Source of the DNA: Octopus sinensis
Lineage: Eukaryota
Length of the DNA: 64,000 bases
NCBI RefSeq assembly: GCF_006345805.1
Contig: NC_043012.1
Location: 28,458,001-28,522,000 of the forward strand
Reading direction: 5' to 3'
Shown here: piece by piece, positions 51,626-64,000 of the stretch
Position numbering within the stretch: position 1 is the first letter of the stretch
Layout of the letters: every line of letters begins with the position of its first letter
Made by a program: the position numbers and the translations under genes
Notes under the pieces: generated by a model
Databases searched by the model: none
The model's input: the letters and a program-made list of their open reading frames with translations, nothing else
Told to the model about the DNA's origin: nothing

Positions 51626-54429
51626 CCAGTATGTGAGTGGTTTTAGTCACTATGTAATTTAGTAACAGTGTTGAGATATGTTATACAGTAGCTATATATG
51701 TGAAAAGGTATGTGAAACTATAGGAAGTATATTGAGATACTGTGACAGCGCATGTGATATAGTGACAGTCGCACTGTTGTAATCAGCATGAATGCTTTAC
51801 CATGGATACAAAATTTGTTTGCGACTACATGAGATATGGATTTCTAATGTATGTAATTATATTTATGACTGAAACACTGATTACCTGGCACTTCTATGCC
51901 TTTTTATGGGACACTGCATGAGCAACAGATCTGTAATGTAAAGTACTATCAATATTGTTACTCATAGAGGCTTAAGTAATCTCTTTTGTAATACTTATTT
52001 TGTAGATGTTTACCTTTTTGTAACACTTTTGCAGCAATTTTCGTAACAATGGAGAGCAGTAATGTTATAGAATGTACATGTTTAAAATTCAACAGTGTAA
52101 TGGTTCAAAGTTATGCATTAGACGCCAGAATTTACAGAATATAATGAAATATGTACATAATTTATATTCACTTTTTTATCGCGTGTAAAATTGTCATGTC
52201 ATCTTAGAGGATTTGAAACTTGCAACTCTGCTGTTGCAATTACATTAATGGCAAAGAAATACATTTTCTTGAAAGTTTCGCTTTAATTGCTCTTTTATTA
52301 GTTTTTAAAAGTAGTTGGAAGATCCCATATAAATTTAGTTTGAAGAATTAAATCCAATTCCTTAATTGTAAGCATAGAACCGCTTGGTTTTAAAGTTTTA
52401 AGGATTTTTTTTCTAAAACTTGACCAGTTTTATTTGAGATAAGAAATATGAGATATATTTATATTTATAGCTGCTCAAATTTACAGATTATTTAATTATT
52501 TAATCAGAAAAAAATAGGAAATGTCCATGGTTTTTGTGCGTCCACTAAAATGGTCACTGTCGTTGATATTAAGCTTGGTCTGTTAGGAAAACGTGCGTTG
52601 GCGTGGAATGTGAGTTCTGGGATCGAAGGATTAGGCAGAAGTAAAGAGTTTAGTTAAGATTTTGTGGAGAGTTACAATGCTGGGATGAGAGGAGGTTGTT
52701 GTTTCACGGTTTGGGTGGAGATGATATACGGTAGTTTAGGAACAGTAGAAGAGATAGAGAGACGACACAATGGTGTTAATGTGTGTTAAGGAGTGGAAAT
52801 TTGCCGATAATTTGATTAAATTTTTAAGGGGTGTGCATTGTAGAGTATTTGTTTGTATAAAGAAAAGTATTAACTAATGTGAGATACTTGAACTTTATAT
52901 AACATCTGTTGTTCGAACTAGTTTCTGGTCCATGACAATATCAAACTCACACAGTCGCATATAGCCGGGAACAGTGAATAACGTGTTAGTTCGCATTTCA
53001 TTGCCAAACTTGACGTCCTCTGGTTGTACATTTTCAGGCATTAGATTGAAATTTTAATGAAGACTCTAATTATCAGCATTTTCATTTATTCTAATAATCA
53101 AGCTAATTCTAAGATTTCAAAGTAATTGTTCCCTACTTCTGATTCATATATTTCTTGTGTGCGTTTATGCCTTGGGACCCTTTGGAAAACCTCTTGAATT
53201 AGAAATGCACAGACAGCAAATATAATTGATTTAATGTTTGTGTTATACAAAGTACAAAGGATAGAAAAGTGTGCATGAAAGTATTTTTCGAATATTAGCC
53301 GACATAGATGCTTAGTGCGGGAAATAGGACTAGGGTGCAAGTAGTGAGTGAAAATCTGGCACAACGGTCAAATAGGTTGAGCAGAATATAAGTGAAACCA
53401 GTAAGTTTTGAATATAAAAGTTCATTGTAGTAACGACTCTCGTGCTTAAGAGAGTACGTATGTGGTATGGCAATGGAATAACGAACGCAAGTTTTTCAGT
53501 TTCAGTAGATTTCTTCTGAATATGATTCAGAAATCCAGCTTTCATTGATTGTAAGTCATAACAGATATCATCACAGTTCTCATTAAAGAGGTATATTTGA
53601 GGGAACAGTTTGAGAAAGTCAAGCCTCCTTCATGCAGTTTCAGCAATAAACGAAATAATATTAGGAAGAAAAAATGCTTGGGATTATCAGTTATAACCTA
53701 CGCAATGAGGGATTATTTTAAGTTGTGAATTGTTCGAGAAGACGGTCATACAATTGAAACCTACTTTCCCGTTGTGAGTAACGTTTGCAGTTTCGTTATG
53801 ATATTGCCTGGATCTCATAAATATATGATTTACAATAGTGATTCGGACTTTTCGTTCACATAGTTTAGCTATTTAAACTATATAGAAATATAGGTATTTT
53901 GAACCCCAAATACCAAGAAGCTTTTCTTACGATTTTTTTTAATAATGTAGCGGGAGTAGGTTATAGTTGAGCGACTTATATCTTGTTAGAATCTAAAGGA
54001 GCGAATGAGAGAAAGTGAAAGCGTGCTGCACCAAATTCCGTTGAGTATTTTATTACATTCCTTTGCATCTATTTGAGATTTATTTTGCCTTGCATCTCTC
54101 CGGAGGAGTGAAGGAAACGTTTAATGGCCCATGAAATTATCCATATTACGTCCAATAAGTTGGTGTTCTTGTGTCAATCTTAGAAACCAAAGTTGCAAGC
54201 AGTTTGTGGTAAAAGTCAACATCAATTCAGAAATTTAAGCCGCTAAAGTAGACAACGTAACATACTCAATCCTTCCTTTTGTCTGTTCAGATTGTTCAAA
54301 CATTGTAAAGATACATGTGTGATACATGGATTTCGTCTGTTTTTACATGGATATTTTTGTAAAAGTACTTATTTTTTGGTAACGGCGCTTTATATGTAAC
54401 TTAACTCAATTCTTATGCTCCGATAACGA

Positions 54430-54542
54430 TATTATTATCACTATTCTTCTTCTTCTTCTTCTTCTTCTTCTTCTTCTTCTTCTTCTTCTTCTCCTTCTCC
54501 TTCTTCTTCTTCATATTATTATTATTATCATTATTATTATTA

Positions 54543-54579
<37 letters not shown>

Positions 54580-54812
54580 TGTTATTATTATTATTATTAT
54601 CATTGTTATTATTCTTATTCTTCTTCTTATTATTATCATTGTTCTTATTATTATCATTGTTATTATTATTATTATTATTATCATTGTTATTATTATTATC
54701 ATTGTCATTATTATTATTATTATTATCATTGTTCTTATTATTATCATTGTTATTATTATTATTATTATTATCATTGTTATTATTATTATCATTGTCATTA
54801 TTATTATTATTA
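54430..54812. repeat. (TTC)n followed by degenerate (TAT/TATCAT)n trinucleotide array
   Basis: Directly visible; source of the poly-I and poly-L ORFs. Confidence 0.95.
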
Positions 54813-55527
54813 ATTCCTGTTTTGAAGTTAAGATCTTATTTTAATTTTTGTTTTATTTTATTCTACTTTTGTAAACTAAATACGAATCTAAATTATTGTG
54901 TTCTTCATACTAATTAATGTATGGTCATTTGGAATAAATGATTAATATTTACATTATCATCACGTTTACCTTTTTTCATATTTTTATTTTATTTTTGAAA
55001 ATCCTTTTTCGTGCTTTGAAAGTGTTGTAGAGTAGCGAACGGTGGTGGCGGGTTAATGATTCGTGTCCCGTGATGGTGTGAGCGTGTTATTTATGGGGTA
55101 CTAGTGGCAATGTGCTTCTATTGTAGTTGTAACGGTGCATTATTGATGTAGTGGTAGTGGTGGTGGTGGTGGTGTATTGCTTTTGGGTGGTGGTATGCTA
55201 TTGATGTTGTCCGAATAGGAGTGCGTTAGTGTTGTAGTGGTGTGTTATCTATGTGCTTGTGAAGGGGGAAGTGTTTGTGATATGGTGGCGGTGTAGGTCA
55301 ACAGAATCATCCGATAAGTATGTTAAAATAGATGGAGTCCTTCTTTCTCATAATATTCAAACTCTCATACTCAGTCACTTTGCAGGTGACACTGCAATGT
55401 GAATTTAATTTACCATTTCAGAGTACGTCATACATAATTAAATGGAGTTGTTTAAGGGTATATACGGGCGTTCTAAGACCACCTCTGACACAAAGACACG
55501 CCACGCACGCATGCACACACACACATG

Positions 55528-55613
<86 letters not shown>

Positions 55614-55713
55614 TGTGTGTGTATATATATATATATAGATAGATAGATATGTGTGTGTATATATATATATATATAGATAGATAGATATGTGTGTATATAG
55701 ATAGATATGTGTG

Positions 55714-55742
<29 letters not shown>

Positions 55743-55763
<21 letters not shown>

Positions 55764-56039
55764 TGTGTGTGTATATAATTATTTCATTTCTCGATTCTTA
55801 TGATGTCAGCAACATACAATCCTCGCTGATAAGAAAGTTTCTAAACCGGAAAGAGAGATTCCAAAGACTGTTTTGTTCCAATGATAGAAACTCTGTCATG
55901 TTTAAGGATATGGGTTCCATTCCCATGGACAGTCTTCGACTTTTCGAGCCAAAGGGAAATTTTAATCCAATATTTACACGCTGTTATTTACATCTTAATC
56001 TCTTTCGAGTTTCCCCGTTCCGAAAGAATATATATATAT

Positions 56040-56119
<80 letters not shown>

Positions 56120-56755
56120 GTGTGTGTGTGTGTGTATAAACGGAGAAAGAAACCTAAAATTAACCTTCATCAATTATCTTGCTAAGGATTCAGGCAGTTT
56201 TGGTATCTTGAAAAAACACAGAGTGGAGACTTTGCAAGTGAGACGGAGAAAGAAGATATAGTTAAAGACAGCTACTAAGAGGAAAAAAGAAACACGAAGG
56301 TCTAGTTAAGATAGACCTTCGTTTTTCTTCCTTCTTGCTAAGTCTCCACTCTGTGTTTTTTCAAGATACCAAAACTGCCTGAATCCTTAGCAAGATAACT
56401 GATGAAGATTAATTTTAGGTTTCTTTCTCCGTTTATACACACACACACACACGCATATATATATTCTTTCGGAACGGGGAAACTCGAAAGAGATAAAGAG
56501 GTAAATAACAGCGTGTAAATATTGGATTAAAATTTCCCTTTGGCTCGAAAAGTCGAAGACTGTCCATGGGAATGGAACCCACATCCTTAAACATGACAGA
56601 GTTTCTATCATTGGAACAAAACAGTCTTTGGAATCTCTCTTTCCAGTTTAGAAACTTTCTTATCAGCGAGGATTGTATGTTGCTGACATCATAAGAATTG
56701 AGAAATGTCGAGAGAATATGAAATAATTATATACACACACATCTCTCTCTCTCTC

Positions 56756-56758
<3 letters not shown>
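55743..56758. repeat. ~1-kb quasi-palindrome (arms 55743-56238 and 56334-56758)
   Basis: ORFs 55881 (+) and 56387 (-) translate almost identically; arms differ mainly in (GT)n length, a short insertion and scattered substitutions. Confidence 0.95.
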
Positions 56759-56831
<73 letters not shown>

Positions 56832-57138
56832 TATCTATCTATCTATCTATCTATCTATATATATATATATATATTTTAATTATTTTTACTATATATATAT
56901 ATATATATATATATAAATATAGGTATTTTGAACCCCAAATATCAAGAAGCTTTTCTTACGATTTTTTTTATAATGTAGCGGGAGTAGGTTATAGTTGAGC
57001 GACTTATATCTTGTAATTAGACATGTCTTTTATGATAAAAATAAACAGTCAGTTATAATGAAAATAAAATGAGGCAAATAGCACAAAATAATGGTGTAAA
57101 AAGTACGTGGTCAAATCAAAACATAATTAAATGGGGAA

Positions 57139-57866
57139 ATGCGAGTAAGAGAAATAAAATTCTTAAGATTATAAACCTGGAAAGTTACAGGACAAGTTAT
57201 TACATCTGGTAAAAGCACAGACCAAGAAAATTTTTACTTAAAATATTGCAGGATACAATTTGAATATTAAAAATTATTTGATTTTAATTTACAAAGTAAC
57301 ATCATAATTTAAAAAAGGTACCATCATTTTGTTAAAATATTGACACACTAGAATACTTTAAAAATGAGAGCCAGAAGTACCAATATAGCTAAAGTTTTAT
57401 GCAAAGTAGAATAATATATATGATAGGCAAATTCATTATGTAAAAAATAGGCATTGGTCAAGACTAAAAATGTGAAGACTTGACAATATTACTGTGAATT
57501 TGTTGTTACAGGTAGATTTTACCGTAATATATAACTCACTTTTGTATCATTCTATTTATCGTACTAACTAATTATGTACAACAATTATTTTTATAACTTA
57601 TTTTCAAATTTCTAATCATTAATCAATAATTAAAAAATGAATTATATTAAAGTGAAAAAATATTTTGAGTTATTTTTAATTTATAAAAGAAGTAAGAAGT
57701 AAAAGCAAATAGAAGTAATAAAATCTTTAGTTTCAATGAAAGCCAATATTTTCTAAATCTAAATATTTTATTTGAAATTTTATCCTTAGCTGCAATATTT
57801 TAAGTAAAAATTTTCTTGTTCTATACTTTACCAGATGTAATAAGTTGTTCTGAACTTTTCCAAGTG
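57139..57866. mobile_element. Second copy of the 23980 MITE/foldback family; right TIR truncated by a SINE tail
   Basis: ATGCGAG...TTCTTAAGATTATAAACCTGGAAAG...TACTTAAAATATTGCAG on the left and CTGCAATATTTTAAGTA...CTTTTCCA on the right. Confidence 0.75.
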
Positions 57867-58049
57867 ATTTTATTATTACCCACAAGGGGCGAACATAGAG
57901 GGGACAAAACAATCTGATTTGGGGTCAGACATACGGATGGTTTTTACACAAAAACGGTTTTTAAAATATCATGAAATTACAAAAATACACACAAAATCGG
58001 ATGATGGAATAGACCGGAAGACATTACAGATGGAGTGGGTGCGGGTTCA

Positions 58050-58555
58050 GCTCGGACCCCACGAGCCCCGCCTCCCCACTGATACTTTTGGTTGCACTTG
58101 GTATTACATTTATGTTGTGACTTTCATTCGCAACTTTCGTGCTACATCCTTCCATCGTTCTTCATACACTCTCCTAGTCAGGCATATTCTCTCCAGCCCT
58201 ATCTTCCTTTTCAGGTGAAAGATGAAGTAATTCATCAAACTAGGGCCGGAGATGAACTTGCCTGACTGTAAACCTTTCATTCTCGTCTTCCATATCACTT
58301 CTTTCGCAATTGCTACTACAACGAGAAAACGAAACTTACCTTCATTCACGAGGAAATCCGGTGGGTCAATTTTTGTAATCGACTCAGTCGACAGCTGTAC
58401 TCTTCGTGTACCTGACAACAGCTGTTCGGCATAAACCCACACCTCAGACACGTCCGGACAATGAACAATAGCGTGCGGGACGGTTTCCCTATCCCGCCCG
58501 CATCTTGGACATATCGGACTGTCTTGGCCACCGTGCCTTGCGAGTTTATCCCGAA
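58050..58555 (-). mobile_element. 3' end of Tx1/L1-clade LINE ORF2
   Basis: Minus: SPICPRCGRDRETVPHAIVHCPDVSEVW (C-terminal CCHC finger), then ...VAIAKEVIWKTR... to the stop. Confidence 0.8.
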
Positions 58556-58773
58556 CAGGTAGAGCTAATTGACTGTCCCCACCCCAAAATTCCGGGTCTT
58601 GTGCCTAGAGTAGAAAAGATTATCGGTTGATTTTTGTTACTCTGTGTGTGTGTGTGTGTGTGTGTGATGCTTTGGATATTATTCATTAAATTGATTACAT
58701 TTTTCTGACATTATCGGTTGATTTTTGTTAATATTTCTCATCCGAAATAGATTTTTAAGATTTAAAAAATTTG

Positions 58774-58946
58774 GTTGTGTCTGGGGAGAGTCATTTTCTT
58801 TTTGTGCCTTATAATGTAACAAGCACACTCACCGGTAAAATTTCCACTTATTTCTTATTTTTTTATTTTCCTAAAATTTTCGTTGCGTCTTGCAACCTTT
58901 TCAATAGTCTATAGGCACAAAAAAAATGACTCTCTCCAGACACAAC
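58774..58946. repeat. Short element with ~35-bp inverted termini
   Basis: GTTGTGTCTGGGGAGAGTCATTTTCTTTTTGTGCCT / AGGCACAAAAAAAATGACTCTCTCCAGACACAAC. Confidence 0.8.
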
Positions 58947-59141
58947 AGAATATGCTTCAACACACGAACTCATATAAAGAATCTTGCAAACCAAATCCAA
59001 AAACGAAATATAAAAAAACTTTGTTTTCTAAAACAATTTATTAATTAAATGTTACAAACTTCGATTACTGTAAATTGAATAGAAGACACTGATAAAGATA
59101 AGTACATGTAAATTAAATGCTATGTCGTCATTGTTCAAAAT

Positions 59142-60453
59142 TCAGGGCTTGAACATGCGTTTATTCGAACCTCTAGAATACTGAGCGGCAGAAATGTCTC
59201 TCTTCAGAGTTCAACAGTAATCTACCATTAAAACTGCATTTCAGCATCCCTGATGTCTGGTCTCCATCGCTTTCATGTCCTGATGGAATCGCTCCCCCTG
59301 CTCGTCGCTCATTGATTCAAGATACTCAGGAAACCGATCCATATATGAGAATAAGTAATGCATCCGAGATTTCTGAAAGCAGTCAGCATATTGGTGACAA
59401 GTTCTGCGCAGCTCCTCGCTTTGTTGTTGCCAAGAAAGTTCTTCACGAGCAGAACAAAAGCCTTCCACGCTTCCGGTTCCACTTCGTTCATTGAGTTTTC
59501 AAACTCAGGCTCTCTGATGAGCTGACGGATTTGAGGATCGTCAAAGATGCCAGCTTTCAACTTCTCAATGGAAAAGCCTGGCACAAGTAAGCGAAGCAGC
59601 CACCATCCTTGTCCAGAGCTGTGGTCAACTACTTGATCAAGCCGAGCTTAATGTGCAGTGGTGGGAAGAGTATTCTGTCTCTGTCCACCATAGGGTTGTT
59701 TAAGGCACCATTTTCTCCCCCAAAGCCCAGTTCTTCTTCTTGTAATGCTGAGCAGTGTCCCTACTATCCCACATGCAAAGAAAGCATGCGTACTTGGTGA
59801 ACCCAGATGTTGTCCCAACAAAAAAGTCACCATCTTCAGGTCAACACAAATAAACCACTGATGCGGATCATAACGAATTTTCTCCAGCACATACGTCATC
59901 GCTTCATACTTCTTCAATGTAGTTGAGTGAGTGAGGCAATTCCAAACTTCAGACAACTCTTCTTACTCTTGGTCCGCCGATGCAGGTTCTTGGTGCATGC
60001 TTTGCATACCATGTGTGACGCCCAAGCTTTATCCTGGTCACCAAGTTTAATACTAAAATAACCAGGGTAAGCACGTTTTATGAAACTTGGATTCCTGTTA
60101 GGAACAATGGTGTATTCACCGCAGGTGTAGCAGAATACGTTGGGCTTACATTTGCAAGATCTGGTTGAAGCCATTTCATTCACCTGTATAATAAAAATAC
60201 CAATTAGTCATAAATAAGCGCATGCAGACTCTTCTGAGTTCGTTTATTTCAAGAAATAAAAAAAAAGAATTTTGCATCATTCAAATAAAAAACACTCGTA
60301 CATGTAAACAAAAACGTAAGAAATAACATATGGCCTTAGTTCAAAAAGCTGACCTGATTGAGCCAAACTAATGTGATTTTTGGATTTAGCACATCAGAAT
60401 TGTCCTAAATCAGGTAAAAAAATTTTCGACAATAATTTTGGTGTTGGTCAGAG
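59142..60453 (-). mobile_element. Decayed DNA transposon, probably Chapaev3-like (CMC superfamily)
   Basis: MASTRSC...FCYTCGEY...LGDQDKAWASHMVC; CVDLKMV.FLLGQ; EKLKAGIFD.PQIR; SDEQGERFHQD...MVDYC*TLKRD. Internal deletion; one terminus TTA|CTCTGACCAAC at 60453; family assignment from recalled motifs. Confidence 0.7.
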
Positions 60454-60859
60454 TAATTCAAGATTGTACCTTATTGAAAATTGAATAATAAATTTATTAA
60501 ATTTCTAAATAACATTTTAATTTTTTCATTTTTGTGACTGAATTATTATTATTATTCAAATCCAGTTTTTTTGCCTTATTTATATTTTTTCATGATATTT
60601 TGTTTCACAACTTTCTTGTTACAAATTTTTGTTGCATGGGCCAAAACTATGAAATTCTTCGTGTTTTCTTTTATAATTTAAGCTAAGATAAATATATTTT
60701 ACTTTCAAAATAAAAAAAGTTATTTAGATCTAAACTTGATTGGAAGTGTTATTTACAGGGACTAGTCCTCTTAAAAAATGTTAAGTTTTCAGTTTGGTTA
60801 AGAACTGAGTTAGCGACAAAGCTTTGAAAGGTGTTGCGTCTGAGTAAATTGCGGTCCTA

Positions 60860-62800
60860 AGAATATTATTCAACTACCACCGTAGTTGAATGATAAACAC
60901 TTGGACGATGTTCTCATACAAATAATGGGGAATATGATACACGTGGTCGCTTGACAAGCTGAAAGATGAGAGTGACTCACGTTAAGGTATGGCCCAGGTT
61001 GCTTCAGGAGCCTCCATTTGATTATGTATGACGTACCATCTTTTAAACGCCATAAATAGCTGGCCATGGACATAGCGTTATGTTTCTCTGTGATCTTAAA
61101 AGAGGACTTGTGGCTGTTATGACTTCGCTTAAAGGAACCCTTTGTAATTCAAACATATTTCCGCGTGTGTGCCCTAGCATTGGTGGAGGTGGCGCTGCTA
61201 TCGCTGTCTTTGCTGTCGTCACTGTCGGACGTGCTGTTGCTGTCATTGTTGTTGTTATCGCCGGACGTGTTGTTGGGGCTGCATGAGAAGGAGGGAGGGG
61301 GAAAACCAAATGACTTCACTTTGTGGGTATTAGGTTCCGGCATGAAGGGGATGCGGTCCTTAACCTCACTGGCTGTCAAAGCCTCGTTGTTGTAGAGGGC
61401 GACAGCGTCGAAAATCTCTTTATTCGAGGACAGATTCGAAATCCTTTTACTGACACCCTCTCTGGGTTTTTGAACGCAACGGGTTCCTTCTCATGCAACG
61501 TCAGGATCTGCGTGGGAGGGACACTCATCAAATAGTGAACAATTACTTCAAGCAATCCCATAAATAAGGACGATTGTTTAATAGGTTCGACTTAAAGGTC
61601 TCCTACAGCTGTGCACCCAATATTAAAAATATTTTAGTGAACACTCCTAAACCTCACCAGAGACAAGATGCTCATGTAGGATTAACAGCAAATGCCCAGT
61701 GGGCCGTGGTTTACGAGGTTGAGGTGATGTCCGGCAGTAAGAGCAGCAACAACTGCAGCCCCAACAACACGTCCGACGATAACAACAACAATGACAGCAA
61801 CAGCACGTCCGACAGTGACGACAGCAAAGACAGCGATAGCAGCGCCACCTCCACCAATGCTAGGGCACACACGCGGAAAGGCAGGAGGCTATGTAAGGCA
61901 GACATTCATTTCGTTTGTGGTAGGGCCTGTATGAACAGGTACCCAAATCTAGCGTAACGTCTAAACAGTTGGCTATGTTAAAATTGGTCTCAATTGTAAT
62001 CTTAAGGCCAAGGGAACTAAGTGTACGAAATAGGTTCTTCTTAAGCCTATCTAGGGTGTGCCCTATTGCGCCTCCAAAGCGTCATCTCAGTATACAAAAG
62101 AGGACTGACGGCATCCCCTTCGTTAAGGACTGCAGTAAATATAATCCTATGAGGTCGCAGACATCTGCACTAATGAATGTTTCCATCACTAAGGAGCCTA
62201 CTGGGTCAACTTGTTTGACCCAGGCCGAACCTTTGTTGAACAGCAGCGTTACCTATGCGGCATTATTACATCTATATCCCGTCACTAACGAGCATATGCT
62301 CGAGCGAACAGAAGCGCAGTGACTAATCTTTTCGTTATAGATGGATAAAAATTTACGATATCAGATTGGGTGAACTTTGACATGTCTCTATCCTGATTAG
62401 CTTTAAACCATGAAATAACTTCGTTGGTATTATGCCATAAGGAGAGACTGGATGCCTTCCTTATTTTGTCGTTGATCTTTCTCAGTATATGTTTGTTCGC
62501 CTGCCCGATTTCAACTTTAACTGGGTTAATCAGGCTTCATTTGGGGTTGGAGGCAAAGATCGGTTTGTGGTCTATGATGCTAAATGCATTTCTTTTAGCT
62601 AATATTCCCATCCTATCAGCTATCGCTAGATTACTGGCTAACATTTTGGCTTCGTTGTTTATATTATTGTGCGTGTGCAGCGAATGTTTATCTATAATGT
62701 TTATCTGGTGCTATTCTCTAACATCCTATCATATGTGCCGGTGTTTACTCTAGGGCTTTTTCTTTTATCAGAAAACAGTAAAGTCCTCTCTGAATTTTAT
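60860..62800 (-). mobile_element. Naiad/Chlamys-type Penelope element (RT + GIY-YIG), decayed and rearranged
   Basis: LINPVKVEIG...LWHNTNEVISWF...DIVNFYPSIT; VY*DDAL; LKITIETNF...LDVTLDL...RPYHKRN; RISNLSSNKEIFD; FNRFDLKVSYSCAPN; VVYEVEV...KYV*ITKGSFKR...ASYLWRLKD...IKW. Confidence 0.85.
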
Positions 62801-62906
62801 AGTTGTCGTATATTCTTTATTCGTGGATTAATAAGGCAAGCAATGTTGGAAACAATCTCCATAATTATTCAATCGAACCACATGGGAATGTTGGTTCTCC
62901 TCTCCT

Positions 62907-62978
<72 letters not shown>

Positions 62979-63064
62979 GAAATTTATAGAAAAACAAAAG
63001 ACGAAGACAGGTGTATGAACCACAAGCATCTGTATTAGTTTGACGTACGGAAAAATGAAAAAGT

Positions 63065-63100
63065 CTTTTACGTTTTGAGCCTACGCTCTTCAGCAGAAAG
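63065..63100 (-). ncRNA. Minimal hammerhead-like fold with two core substitutions (probably inactive copy)
   Basis: CTTT-CTGCTGA-A-GAGC-gtag-GCTC-AAA-AC-GT-A-AAAG: stems I, II and III intact; A6->C and G12->A. Confidence 0.45.
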
Positions 63101-63429
63101 GAATAAGAGATGATAAACAGAGAGAATGAAAAAAAGCCTGTAGATTTCGCGGTCAAGTATATATATGGTAGAATAACAAATAGAAAGTCATTGGTACAGT
63201 ATTATATATTTGAAAAATGAATAGAAAAAGCTTTTCTGATAATTTTTCCACTTTGATAATTAAATGTTTACAAAAAATGTGGCTGAGTGAGTTTCTCGCT
63301 CGAAAGTGGTTTTCAAACTAATATTGAGATCATTTTGTGCTTGATAACAAGCATATACATATACAAACATCAATACCCGCACGTACATGCTCACACGCGC
63401 GCGTGTACATATATATACAGACGTACATC

Positions 63430-63480
<51 letters not shown>

Positions 63481-63655
63481 ACACGTTGGTACACCTTTCC
63501 AGTTGGGATGAGTATACACAAAATTACGCGAGAGTACAAAATTCCGAAATACACATATGAAGGGAAGTAACTTCTGAGAATATCTTGATTGTTACCCCCC
63601 TTGCATTTGACCAGGATTTTGGGAATAATTTTTGCTAACCATAGATTCATTTCTC

Positions 63656-63686
<31 letters not shown>

Positions 63687-63697
63687 TAATAATAGTA

Positions 63698-63730
<33 letters not shown>

Positions 63731-64000
63731 GTAATAGAGACGCTCGCACTGAATAACAACATGGATGTACTAAACCGGGCTCTCCATTCAAAAACAAATC
63801 TAATCCAATAACATCAATGGAGTTAAATAAAAGAACTTGAGGAAAACTTGAAGGAAGCGACCTTTTAACGAAGACACTAAGAAAAAAAACGAAATTTTAC
63901 TGCCATAGAAAGTACAGTTTCTCCTACGCACGATGTCTCAATGAAGCATGTGCGAAACACACGCGCGATATCAACACCGGAAAGTTTACATAGAATAAAA

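Noticed and set aside
53098-53545. Minus-strand ORFs as exons of a neighbouring gene
   Set aside because: No recognisable domain, convincing splice pair or homologous copy.

Overview
AT-rich, microsatellite-dense eukaryotic DNA. The SINE families and repeat load look like an octopod cephalopod (inference). The host genes are two co-oriented paralogous TRIM-type genes (RING - B-box - coiled coil, no C-terminal domain). Their main coding exons lie at ~20421-21451 and ~47977-49019. Each begins at a phase-1 splice acceptor, and each has a candidate homologous first exon 13-16 kb upstream (4120-4228 and 34277-34375). The rest is mostly mobile DNA: many tRNA-derived SINEs; at least five Penelope-like (RT + GIY-YIG) fragments, nearly all with inversions; a full-length decayed mariner; a pogo/Tigger relic; a Chapaev3-like transposase relic; an R4/Dong-like REL-endonuclease LINE; Tx1/L1-like ORF1-only units in tandem; and MITE-like foldbacks. 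The most interesting unannotated signals are (i) minimal type-I hammerhead ribozyme folds, one carried by a tRNA-headed SINE in sense orientation ~175 nt upstream of the second TRIM acceptor, and others with non-canonical cores; (ii) an unusually long, conserved insertion in the RING of both TRIMs; (iii) several long near-perfect inverted repeats. All identities were estimated by eye; nothing was searched or computed.
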